A DNA stretch of 64,000 bases from Antedon mediterranea (GCF_964355755.1 NC_092673.1:7192001-7256000), one strand, 5' to 3'; shown: positions 13,868-26,629, numbered from the stretch's first letter. A program made the numbers and translations. Notes: generated by a model from the letters alone, not told the origin.

Positions 13868-16800
13868 CAGTGGTGTTTGTATTAAATATGGTTGCAGCGG
13901 TTTAATGATATCTACATTTTAATGCCGGAGATACCCTTTCACTTTTTTTTTCTTGTTTGCTAACGAATGTTGAGCTTCGTTCCGTGACGTATACAATATG
14001 TTTAAACGATTTTGTTATAGTAAGTGTAGGCCTACTGTATTAAAAGTTTTGTAATTTTAATGCAAATTTACGCGATTGTCATTAATACTATGATCATCGT
14101 ACAAAATAACTATATTATCTTGTAATTTTAAGAACAGAGACTTTTCTCAAAACTATGTAATCCTTTTCCAGATTTTAAATTGTAAAATAGTAGATCTAAT
14201 AATTTTGCTTAATTTAACATATTATTATCAGTTATTTTCAATATTTCAAATTTTAATATTTTTTGGTTTTTGTTTTTCTTTTACCTTTTCTCTGTTTTTG
14301 TTGTTTTTTGTATGAGGGTCCCAAATGCTGGATGGATCACCCTTAAATATGGTTAAAATAAAAAATAAAGAAAATAAAATAGATGCGTGAGAAAAAAAAA
14401 GACGATGAATGTTCGTTTAATAAAGAGTTACATTTGATAACATTATTTCAGTAGCAAACTAGAGAAAATTAAGTTAGTTCATGAATTAACGTATATTGCC
14501 AAATATACTATATAACAGCCTGGTACGTGACTAGGCTGTCACAATGTATATAGACAGGGCGGCTGTTTCTAAACATTATTACACAACAGTGAGATGTCAG
14601 GAAATGTTACGATTATGAAGACAGAAAACAAATGTAGAAATAGAATTACTCGTGAAATGAGGAAGTGACATTGGGTAACTAGTACTTTAAAAAAACGTAT
14701 GTTTTGATGCAAATTTATTTATTTTTTTATTTAGGCCTACAGTTGCTTAAGCCTAATAATATTAACCCTCAATAAAGTAATTTGTGATGGCATCGTTAAT
14801 TAACCTCGCAATTAATAAACATCACATAACTGCTGGCGCCAAATCTGCCACATGTATAGGGCCTACGTATTTTGTCGGGCATTATTTAACTATCATAACA
14901 TGTTTGAGTTTTTATTAGTTCTGAATCTTGTTTAATATTTTTCACAGTATAATTAACCGTTTCTTCGTTATTATCTATTTAAAATATAAATTAAAGTTAT
15001 ATAGCTTTTGTTCATATTTCGAACTTTATATCGGAAATCAAACTGCATATATTCGATATATTTTATCCTTCGATTTCAGAAACAAAATAGTTTATTCGAT
15101 ACGGCCTAATAGTTTACTCTCACTGGGGCTTTGCTATTACGTATACGACACTGCGTGTCATTAGGCCTACCTCGCCCGAGCCCCAAATTGATCGAACCAT
15201 TTCCTGTAAATGCGGCTGTACCTTATCGTGTGACGCTATCAATATAGATTCAAGTAGAATCAATACGTCAATCGAAATATTGTATATAAATTAAAGTACC
15301 ATTCCGGAGGACGTGATCACAGAAAAAAAAACATTTTTGAACTTTTTTTTGTCACATGACACGCATCCTCATTTCAAACGATGGGTACCCCGGATGTTCT
15401 TAATCATGGACGTTGTTAGCAGGTGCCAGCGAGGCCACGTAGTCGAGATGAGAGGATGACGGCGGCTACGACGAATCCAACACGAAGAAAGTTTCATACT
15501 GAATACATTAGCCCTAAAATAAGTCCATGCATGACTATGACAAATTGGATGATTGGAGAATACGTGTTTGGCCAGAGGTTGACGAATAGTTTAGGAAGTT
15601 GGATTATGTACTCTCTTTGATATCATTTGTCGGTATCCATGGTAACGTTGACAACATCCATCAAACTGGATATTTTGTTATAAAAAAAGACGTAAATTTG
15701 TCTTAAAACCCCCCAAAATAATAATTGAAAATATGTGAGGAATGAAGAATGGCTTTATCCGGATCTTGAAATCGGAAGAAAAGTTCATCGAATCCTCTGA
15801 CTTTAGGCCAAAATCTATAAATTAACATTAATTGGTTCAGTGCTACGGGCTTTAGTGTGTTATTGCTATTAAACACTATATTGAATATTGTTAAATATAC
15901 AGTATGCTTGTCTAAGTGACACAAATGTTATCAATCTGTGTCTGTAACATTTAAACACTCTTAAATATTAATTATTTTAGTAGTGATTAGGTAAGAATGA
16001 CGTAATGATAGATAATAATAGATGGTAGATATTAAACGTTAGAAAATTAATTTTCAGGAAGAATTATCTATAAACTATCGCCACCGTCCAACATGGGTAG
16101 CCATATGGAAAGAAAGCAGGTACGGATGCATCTAAAGTCCAGTATGCACCTCCATATGTTTTCAGTACAAATATATATATGCATATATACATATCATTTA
16201 TAAATCAGCAAAAGATAAGGTACCATCATTTAAAATTTATTTGTTTTATCTTTATACTGGATTACACAATCAGGTAAAAGAAAACCTGTTTTGCATTTTG
16301 GTCCTTTTTTACTTTTAGATACAAAATAAATCGGCGAAGGGGGAGAGATTTTTAGTTTTGTAGAAAAAAATGAGATCGATATCTAGCTTTAAATGTAGCA
16401 ATTGTTAGAGAATATTTAATTTCATTTGGTAGTTTATTGCATATTTGATATATAATATAAATTATCAGAAGCAGAGTTTTATAAAATAATATTGGATTAA
16501 AATTACTATAATTGTTGGCATTGGTTTTTTAAATATAGAAATACTAGATACGCCTAAACAAGTTAGTGACTCATATTACCACTTATATTGTAATTTTAAC
16601 CCACTCTAAAAACGAAATAAAAGTAATTGAATCAAGGTGAATTACAACAAGCTTTAAAATCCCACGAAAAAAAGGATAACAAAAGTACAATATTTCGATT
16701 AAATGTCTGTTCTTATAAAAATAATACAAGTTTTACATTTTATTTATTTTTTTTCAAAACAGCTGTGTGGGTACAGTACAGTTAGAAATAAAACACAGAG

Positions 16801-17092
16801 ATAAAAGGTGTGGTCCCATTCAGATTATACCACTCTTGTCAAAAGCTTTTCTAAGCTTTTCGAAAGTTGATTATCTGCCTACTACAGTACTATCAGTTAA
16901 TCACATCCCGATGATTGTGTGCGACTACAATACTCCACGAACAACAGCACTTAACCCGCAATGCGTGTTATTTTCCTTTTATTATTATTCCTTTCCTTGC
17001 TTTTGTTAAAATCAGTGATTGCAGCATACGAGTATTCACGAGGAAAGATTTGTTAAATTTACAGTTTTTAATAATAGCTGAAATCGCTTAAT

Positions 17093-17250
17093 TACGGTAT
17101 ACCTTGGAGAAATAAAGTTAGGACTTATTTGTCCATTGGTTATACCGAGATACCATGGAGAAATATAGTTAGGACTTATTTTTCCGTGGGTTTTACCGAG
17201 ATACCATGGAGAAATAAAGTTAGGACTTATTTCTCTGTGGGTATACCGAG
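17093..17250. repeat. Tandem repeat, 3 x 51 bp
   Basis: GGAGAAATA(A/T)AGTTAGGACTTATTT recurs at 17106, 17157 and 17208. Confidence 0.9.
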
Positions 17251-17569
17251 AGAAGATAATACTTGTCCATGCATGGAGGCATTAAACTATTCATCCGTAC
17301 TCCAAATTAGACACGGTTTGCACGGGCCGGAAAACTTTGTTCCTATACCACTATCTAATTAAGCATTGCGGTTCAAATTAAGATCCAACCCCAAAGGCTA
17401 GTTACAAATTGGACATGCATTACGAGCAAGTTTATAAGCAACACACTGCTAAAAAAATATTCCAATACATTTTAGTGAGTATGTACAATAATTTTGCAAT
17501 GAGGGCAAGTTGTATGAACATAAAGAACCAAATAAGCTGCAGGAGGACGATACTAATAGAAAGGCATAA

Positions 17570-17730
17570 AGGCCCATTTACACTAGGGCGATAACGATCG
17601 ACGATAAATAGGTAAACATGCATTTTTCTTGGATAAAACGAAAGAAATTAGAACAGTTTTCGTTCTAGAACTATTGGATAATCATGTATGCTGTATTTGA
17701 TAAAAATAATATTTTTGAAAACTTGCCCCA
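17570..17730. mobile_element. One arm of foldback MITE family D
   Basis: TAA followed by AGGCCCATTTACACTAGGGCGATAA; matches both arms of the element at 38464-38856. Confidence 0.7.
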
Positions 17731-20586
17731 AGTCTGTATATAGTTATTGTCTTTTTTTATGTTACTACTCCTTCAGTCGGAGCTTCGAATTTTACATAGA
17801 AATTTCGTTACCGGTACGTGATCACCAGTTTGTATTCATGGTTTATTGCATAACTTTAAATTTGGTTTACCAGTTATTAGCAATGGTTGTTTTACTATTC
17901 GTCGACTCGTTTCTTAAATGTTGATTTATTATCTTTCATAATTCCCGTATCGTTTTTCAAAATTATTGTTATCCCGATGTCTACAATCATATGAGTTAAC
18001 ATTCATTCATGCATGCTGAAATGTAATCATCCCTGAGCTCTACTTAATTCTATAGAAAGATCAAAATATCGTTACATTTAGTTTATTTTTCCTCTTTTTT
18101 AAAAATTTGAATTAAGAAACAATACCAATGTGATGTGGTATAATAGCAAATTCTATGAATATTTTCGTTAAAGGGTCCCTTTTTCTTTCAAGATTATAAA
18201 GATGTATCTAATAGTAGATTGGAAAAAAAATACTATTAAAATGTGAATTTACATAAGAAAAAGGACGATAAACGAAAAATATATAAACATACATTTTTCC
18301 GAAACTAGAACTTTAATATAACCATTTAATTTATACTACTATTGAAAGATTATTATTATTAAAACATGTCTTACTCTACATTAGCATATTTTGTTTTAAG
18401 TTGTATCATGCCGTTTGCTAAAACCAAGTATTCTACCGAATTGGACCAGAACTATTACTTTCCTGGTGTTCTCTGTGATTAGATCATTCCAGACATTTTG
18501 ATTAGACCATGTTGGTAATTATGATCAGAATGTTTTTTTTTGTGGAAAAAATTGTCTTACCTATAAAACCATAATAAATTCATTAATTACTCAATGGTTA
18601 TTCTACACTACATGGTTTATTTTGATTCAAGAAATCAGGTGTGTCCACTTCTAGGACAATAGACCTAGTACATGAATGCTGCGTTCTGTAAATACTCATG
18701 AAAGGTAGGCGGGTAGCCTTGAGAACCTCTCCTGACACAAATTACATCACACATACTGGACCTTGAACACGTGACGTGGGAAAATGTACCTGGGACATAA
18801 GAACATTTTACGTCAGTAAAAGAGCAGGTAGTTGATATACATGTTCGAAAAAGAGCGGGTAAAAGTTATTACTTATCTTTTACCACTTTTTAGTGCCTTT
18901 TTTTAATTGTCATTTTGGGTCTTGGTTGGAAGGACGCAACAATCTCTTCTAACATCTGTTATGAAACGAGTGTTTTTACTGCTGAATGATGACTGTTAAC
19001 ATGTTTATTATTTAGGCCTTCACTGATATAATACTTCTGGTAGGTTTTTGGCATTAGATAACTGTTATTTCTGTTGTAATTAGTACAGATTCTATTTTCT
19101 ATGAAAACTTTGCTTCAAATACCTTTAATGACTAAATCCACAGGAAGTACACAGGTATTTTTTTATTCACATTTTTTTTTCATGGTTTCACCATGGAGAA
19201 ATAAATTATTTCACCATGGTTTTCACACAAACATTCATAGTTTAGATAAATATTGAAATAGAGGGCGTCAAGTATCATCTTATTACCGAGAATGCTATAT
19301 AATATTACTGACATTTATTAATACGAATTATTATTATCATTTCCATTTTCAGTAATTAACCGATAAATTAGCGGGTGTCATGTACTTTTCCTAATTGGCT
19401 AATGTATGGAATTGTAAATAAAGGAAATTCTTCTAAATATTTAAACGAATTTACGATGAAACGTGTTTGGTAAAATTAGGCCTATAATATCGTCTGACTA
19501 TTAAATTGGAGAACACATAAATTAATCACTAAATAAAACATAATCGTGAAATATTTTGTACTATAAAAATATTAGAAAAAAAAAATAAAATTAATGACAC
19601 GCCAATGTGTAGCATATAACAATGATAGTAAAAGTATTATGAATCTCACGACTTTGTGTTCGCTGGATGACCCCGATCAAACAATCTTAAATTTCCTAAC
19701 CTGAAGGAAAACGTAGATCGGCAAATAAGTATTGATGTGGGTAAACGTGCTAAGAAGAGGCTGCACTTTCCTAGTGGCATGCACCCTCCATTCGGAATCA
19801 ACCTTTAGTTAACCCCGTATCGTTTACCGCAACCGCACCGTGGTGTTGCTAATAGGGCACCAGGAATAGTACACTCCGTATTAAACCACTAACAACTCAA
19901 TGTTTAAAAATAGAAAATTAATGATTTTGTTTCTATTACTATCCTCCATGACAAATGTGTTTACATATATACATATATTATATATATAACATAAATCTCT
20001 TACATTATGTGTAGAAATTTAATGAACTATTTAAAAAATAAATATAATAGAACTATAACTGTCATTATAAATAATTACGTTATGGAATGTTGTATGTAAG
20101 AACTATGCCCGAAATTGAATTATTTCGTAGTATTTAACTCGGCTCTAGAGAGGAATTATCACGAAATTTTAGATTGACATGTTAGCTAATATTTAGGTCT
20201 CCGTCCGGTTTCTCTACGGACAGTCAGACCGATCATATTGCACTGCCAGTACAGCTTCCACCACATAAACACGCTGTATACATACATACTCATTCGGTTT
20301 GTGACGAACGATATGACTGAGCTGCTACTGCGCATGCTCAGCACAAGAGGATTCAGCACGTAGTGTTTGATTTGTAAAGCACGAAGATAGGCTCTACAAT
20401 CGCTATAGTATTAAACCTACTGCGGAAGTAAACACATTTCATTTGTGGGCTAAGCATAGATAGATCAGAACACAGAGTGGCGAACTAGTGTTATTAGGCA
20501 AAATTTAGCGCTGATGATAGGCTAGCCTGCAACTATTAAGGAGTAATATAATATACTGACTTACATAGCAGTAACTTATTGTTGAC

Positions 20587-20692
20587 ATGCCTATGTTACC
20601 AGATCACTACGATACCTTCTATCCTACTCCGATGTCCCATTACGAGGAATATGGCCCAGCTGCACCTGAGTTTAACTTGGACACTATAAAAA
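20587..20692 (+). CDS. NR5A2: NR5A candidate alternative first coding exon 1b (MPMLPDHYDTFYPTPMSHYEEYGPAAPEFNLDTIK)
   Basis: ATG at 20587, 35 open codons plus 1 nt, then a GTGAGT donor at 20693 (phase 1). An NRF1-like TGCGCATGCTCA (20329-20340) and an ETS-like GCGGAAGT (~20422) lie upstream. Confidence 0.65.
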
Positions 20693-21754
20693 GTGAGTAA
20701 ATTACTTAATTAATTTCAATATTAAAACGGTATAATTATCCTCCATCATTTTAAGTATTTACGTTAGTGCATATATTAATAAAACAAAATTCATTTTCAT
20801 TTTTAAATGCTAACTAACGCGCTTCTGTGTTTATATACAGAATTAAAAACAATTTAATTTTTATATCACCTGATACTAATATCATAAACTAATGTCATAA
20901 AAAGTCATATTTGTGAATTCACTTTTTTTTATTGTAAAAGCAATGACATGTGTCTCCAAAATGCTAAATGGTATTGCTTAAACTTTTTTAGTATACACCC
21001 CTCCTGAATAATAGTACAGTAGTTGTTAGATTGCAGTAGACGTAACATGGTTGCAGAGAGCTGCTCCGTAAAATAATATAGTATTATTTATTTAATGTAA
21101 AATATTTGTAATTATAAATTTAGGTATTATTTACGTAGGTTGCATTTCCATGCCTGTATATATTGTATGTATTGCAATTTTCAAAAAGTTTTAAAGTCAT
21201 TGCACTCTAAATAAACCAGAGCCAGTGAACTGCAAAACTATCACGTGGGTTTGTATTTACATTTAGGGTTTATACTCGGAAGGCATTCCTTCCCGAGCTT
21301 TATTGATGCACACCAGCTAAACCGTCGCCGAACACATTAGTCATCTCGCCTCTTACTGGCCAATGTCAGATCTTAACAAAGACAATCCTACAAGCAACTG
21401 ACCAATCAAATCGCGTTTCACATAGCCAGCTTGGACAGAAGAGAACGTGACTAAGAATCTCATTAATATGTATTATTATTAATATAGTCCTGTGCACATG
21501 CGCACAGGGATAAAATAATCACGTTCGGATTGCTGGCCACGATTCGCGATGCTGTTATCAATCCCGTCTTTTATTCAACATCGCCCTGCCATAGTTGTAC
21601 TGTTTGCGTTAAATAGTGGCTAACATACAATCGCTTTGCAAATAGAGGGGGATTTACATTGCTTCACTCTCGGACGTTTTACCCGGACTTTCGATAATTT
21701 GGACTGTAATATACGCTTTTAGGTGTATTTTATCGCTCTGAACTTATTTTCGCG

Positions 21755-21818
21755 ATGACAAGCGAAGTAGAGTTGCAAGAACCTCGTGACTCGGGAAACT
21801 CGTCCCCGCCGGGTCAAG
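21755..21818 (+). CDS. NR5A2: NR5A candidate alternative first coding exon 1c (MTSEVELQEPRDSGNSSPPGQ)
   Basis: ATG at 21755, 21 codons plus 1 nt, then an AAG|GTCAGT donor at 21819 (phase 1). CCAAT boxes (~21360, ~21402) and an NRF1-like palindrome CCTGTGCACATGCGCACAGG (21489-21508) lie upstream. Confidence 0.6.
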
Positions 21819-23609
21819 GTCAGTATGACTGTATAGAGGCTATCGAAGCCTATTGAAGGTGCCTGTATGGTGCTGTTTCCAGGGTATCTATTCCGGACTA
21901 AAAGCCGCTTTTAATGGGCGGTTTTCAGAAAACCGATAATATGCCTCATGTTTTCCTATATTTATCGTTTCAATCGGTGATACCCTGGGACATGTGGTAT
22001 TTGTTATGAATGTTTGTGTATTTATTATGTTTGTTTTCAAGAAGAATCCCTTTAAGTTTAGGGGGTGGTCAGTGTAGTACGTGAAGTGTGCGTGGTTAAT
22101 ATCCGCATACCTATATCGTAGGGCTAGTGGTAGGCATATAGTTATAGAATCGCATGTTACATTCGTTATCATATATTGTGATATTAAAAGATATCCACAA
22201 CCACGTTTACTAATGATTATCGGGATACTGTAGTGTGTGTTTGTTTTACCAAAAAAATAGGCCTAACATCATACATGACATACATTGAACTCTTTATTTT
22301 GCATACTTTTTAAATTAATACAGGTACCTTTAGTTAGTGTGAAAATATGTATATATTTTTACTGAGTCTGTTTTAGACGAATAAAGAGTCTATACTAACG
22401 TATAATTGTTAAAAAATGCAACGCCTACAATTAATCTTAAAATATAATGAGATTCCAACGTAAATTTAAATTTACCAATACAATAATAAATTAGGTACTT
22501 AAATACCCTGTAATACCGTCATACTGCACAACCGTAAACCCAACAATACAATTTTAATACATTAAAATAATACTTCTTTGCATGGCTATATAGTAGTAGG
22601 CTATAGTACTTTGGTATGTACAGGAATATGACCATCGTTGTATTATTCAAAAGATTATAATGTTTCGATTATAATAATTACGTTTTACACGGGTGGTAGC
22701 CTTTCTACTTACTATCTAACTATTTCTGATGTTCATCTGCGTGTTTCTAACAATTTATTCATACAAACACTATCTTTTAATTGTATTTAACCACATTTTA
22801 CCACATTGAATAATAATGAGTTAGGAATATGATTATCAATAAATAAATGTATGTGTGTATTTTTACTTATGAATAATCGTTATTTCATATGGTTAATTTT
22901 ATGTAATTATCATGACTACATGTCTTCAATTACTAACCGAGTGAGTTCTTAATACTTCATTTGACCCGCAGTGTTGTAAATTCTCACGCTAAGATACCCT
23001 TAACATTGTGAATAGCATCCGTTATATTGTGCACAAATCACTCCATTTTTTTTCCGTAGTTTTATTATTTGTGCCACTGGCGTCATCGATAAACCGTTGT
23101 AGGCTTTTTTGTGTAACGTTATCTTTTGAATGCGTGGCTAATAGTATGCAAAACTCGAACCCTTCCCGTGTTTGTTTTATGATAATAGCCGACCAGCTAA
23201 TTGTATAGCTTATTAGAAGTTACGTAATACATCTAGATTAAGAGCCATGCAGATTAACAGATGACAATACAGTTTATGCTGCTTATTGTCCGCGTTTAAT
23301 GCTATTATCTGCAGAGTAATATAATCGAAGCCAGGCTTTTAAGAATATTCTATACACTATTATAGAATATTTCACTATCAGAAAAGATAATATAGTGGTT
23401 TGCACGAATTATTCATAACGTTGAATACGGGTAGAGATACAATTGATTAAAGCAGACCTGGTCACGCATCACTGGTTACATTTTCCCAGCAACGACCATA
23501 GCGTTATGTTACATCATAATAAACATCTGGTGCTAGTAGTAACTATTTAATTATTATGTTGATGTGATTGATTTAAAATATTCTCTTTTTTTTTATTAAA
23601 TCATTTTAG

Positions 23610-23885
23610 CGCCAACATTGGGGATGGACTTCAACTTTGAGCAGAACAACGTAAAAGTAGAATTTGAAGATGAGCAGTGCCCTGTCTGTGGCGATAAGGT
23701 GTCAGGCTATCACTACGGATTGTTAACGTGTGAAAGCTGTAAAGGCTTCTTCAAACGAACGGTGCAAAACAAAAAAGTGTACACATGTATTGAGAATAGG
23801 AACTGTGCAATCGATAAAACCCAGCGAAAACGATGTCCGTATTGCAGATTTCAAAAGTGTCTGAAAGTGGGAATGAAATTAGAAG
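23610..23885 (+). CDS. NR5A2: NR5A (FTZ-F1/SF-1/LRH-1 family) nuclear receptor, DNA-binding-domain exon
   Basis: [31 protein letters not shown]...[10 protein letters not shown]: two C4 zinc fingers with the NR5A P-box ESCKG. Acceptor TTTTAG at 23609 and GT donor at 23886. The gene is co-orthologous to vertebrate NR5A1/NR5A2, so the symbol is approximate. Confidence 0.97.
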
Positions 23886-24697
23886 GTATATATAAAATAG
23901 AATATTTGAATAACTATTACCAAATAGCATGTAACTGCTTTGCACCTTTTCAATACCACCAAATACCTACCTAATTTCAAAAACGTTAAAACTAATATTA
24001 ATAAATAATAAAAAGAACAGACAACTGACATTATAAAACAATGTTGTCTCATATTTAAATGCATTAAATATATTAAACTTGACTTATATTTATGTGGAAA
24101 ATAGCACGCTAAGCACTAATAATAACCATTCAGGAATAAAGAAAATGGGCGGATGGTAATACTCATTGACTTCCTGCCTCTCGATGGTTTCTGGTTGCAA
24201 CGTTGCATTCACAAACCAAATTTAAAAACCGGCCATATTATTCAGGTCAAGCAGATGACATAGTTTAGAGATTTAATTTCAAATAACTGTTAAAAAAATT
24301 CTATGAAAATGGAACTAATCTCCATGTATAGGAAATACTGGTACTACAATGGTGGTGTGCGTGAGTTGTTTGCATCGGCTCGATAAATTATATAGGTCGC
24401 GTTTACAGCGACCAATATACTAAACGCTAATCCAGGGGTTTATTCTAGATTAACCAGTTATCCCCGATCACGACCAATCCCTATTCTTTATAATCTGTAA
24501 TGAATTTGCATAAAAGTATTAGATTGATGTACTGTATAGTTAAAAACTGTACGCACTGAACCGTTATACTAAATTTGTCGGTGTTTTTTTTATCCGTTAT
24601 GTTAAGAATAATGAGATACGTGTTAAACACATAATTTAAATAGGTCAGTGTTTAAAAGAGGTCATTACATTAACGATGTTATTTCAATATCTTTCAG

Positions 24698-25284
24698 CTG
24701 TTAGACCTGATAGAATGCGAGGTGGACGTAATAAATTTGGACCGATGTACAAGAGAGATCGTGCACAAAAACAACAATTGAAAAACAAGTTACTTGCGAC
24801 AAGGCAAGTGGTTGGACCTGATATTTCTATGGCTCTAAAGAACATCCACGCGGCGGCATCAACTAGTTTGCCTCTTTACCCTCCACAAGCCGTCGTCATT
24901 CGAGATCCTCGCAAGCCTACCCTTATGAACATTCCACAGCCAATTGCCTCTACCCCTAACGGCTACATGAATGGACAAATGCAACCTCTAAATTACACAA
25001 CAAATTCCCATTTACCGCCGACGTCTTGCAACTCACCAACCACAAGCACAAGTCCATTGGATGTGAAACCAGAACCGGACAATACACCTAAATTGATTTC
25101 AGAACTGTTAAAAAGTGAAACAGACCCTGCCCAACTGCAAAGTAAAGTAGCCAGTTTTATGCAGTCACAAATGGGCATGACAGCTCCTGGAGATATCTTC
25201 GGTATGACGTGTAAGCTAGCAGACCAAACACTCTTCGCATTCGTAGACTGGGCAAGAAATAGCATCTTTTTCAGAGAACTTAAG
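24698..25284 (+). CDS. NR5A2: NR5A exon: FTZ-F1 box, hinge and LBD helices 1-3
   Basis: AVRPDRMRGGRNKFGPMYKRDRA is the diagnostic FTZ-F1 box. The Pro/Ser/Thr hinge carries a SUMO-type VKPE, followed by CKLADQTLFAFVDWARNSIFFRELK. TTTCAG acceptor and AAG|GTACGT donor. Confidence 0.97.
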
Positions 25285-25487
25285 GTACGTACAAATGACA
25301 CACTGACTAATGAGAACATATTTAATAATCCCTTTATGTCCTATACGCCCTAGATGTCCTATTCCAAAACTGTAATATATAACGCTATTTTTGCGTCCTT
25401 ATTTCAAGTCCTGAAACTGGAAAGGTTACAATGAATATAAAATAAACATAAAATGTATAATTCACGTTAATTTATATTTTTCTACAG

Positions 25488-25749
25488 GTCGAAGACCAAA
25501 TGAAGTTATTACAGAACGCATGGAGTGAGCTTCTAATATTTGACCACATGTATAGGCAAGTGCATTACAATGGTGAAGGCATCCTTCTTGTTACTGGACA
25601 GACGATCGACCCTAAATCGTTGCCAGCTCTCCCCGTTGGAATGGAAAACGTCGCTGAACGAATTTCAAGGTTGATTATGCGAATGCAGGAGCTAAAGATC
25701 GATTATAAAGAGTTCGTCTGTATGAAGTTTATGGTCCTTTTAAATTCAG
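25488..25749 (+). CDS. NR5A2: NR5A ligand-binding-domain exon
   Basis: VEDQMKLLQNAWSELLIFDH...LLVTGQ...EFVCMKFMVLLNS. CTACAG acceptor and CAG|GTACGC donor, with consistent phases. Confidence 0.96.
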
Positions 25750-26381
25750 GTACGCACTACTGTAGCACACAGTAATTACTTTTAGATAAAACCACCAGAG
25801 ATTGATTGAAAACAAATCTCTATTTATTTTATGTATATTACGTTAGGGAAGGTACAGGAGATAATGAATAGAATCCTACACAATTAATGAACTGTACTGT
25901 ACTGGATATGATTTGAAAGATACGTTTTGAACAGTCGAATTATGAGAGTGAAACGGAAACTCTGCCTCCTCGTAATTCAGCTACAACTTCCCCGTTTGTG
26001 TGGTTATAGCTTTTACAAGAACGATTGAAATTATATTCAGTTTGTAATCATAAAGCATGATAAACCAAATATTAAATAAAGGCGCCTAAACGTCTAAATG
26101 GCCCAGAATTGTCTCTAAACGAATTTCCCTACCATCCAACCCAACCATGTGTAATATTATATATATGCTAAAATTACAACGTCATGTTAGTTCATTGTGC
26201 GCTTGCGGTAATAGTAGGACGCTCCTCACGTACCTCGACACAGGTTGATGGTTTCTAGGTTCAGGCGACGACACATCGATTGACTTGACCTAGGCTGGTC
26301 ATCGGTCATCGCAAATGAATCGCCCCTTTATACCTCACTTGTGAGTAAATTAATAATTATATTTCTCGATTTATCTTTCAG

Positions 26382-26629
26382 ATGTGAACTCACTGCAAGA
26401 CAAACACATGGTTGATAGTTACCAAGATCAAATCAGTTCATCTTTGTTAGACTACACCGTTTCAAATTATTCAGGTATTCACGATAAATTTAACCAACTT
26501 CTGCGCATCCTTCCAGAAATCCGACACATAGCAACGAGGGCAGAAGACTTCCTCTACTGTAAACATCTTAGCGGAGAAGTTCCATTCAATAGTCTGCTTA
26601 TGGAAATGCTTCATAGTAAAAGGAAATGA
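26382..26629 (+). CDS. NR5A2: NR5A last coding exon (LBD end, AF-2)
   Basis: DKFNQLLRILPEIR...AEDFLYCKHLSGEVPFNSLLMEMLHSKRK* matches the NR5A AF-2 LL(I/M)EMLH. The full protein is 478-492 aa depending on the first exon. Confidence 0.97.

Noticed and set aside
24993-25319. 108-aa antisense ORF in NR5A
   Set aside because: It is a shadow of the real exon, with no recognisable features.
26341-26346. GTGAGT donor inside the last NR5A intron
   Set aside because: It is only ~40 nt from the acceptor, too short for an intron, and no matching upstream exon was found.
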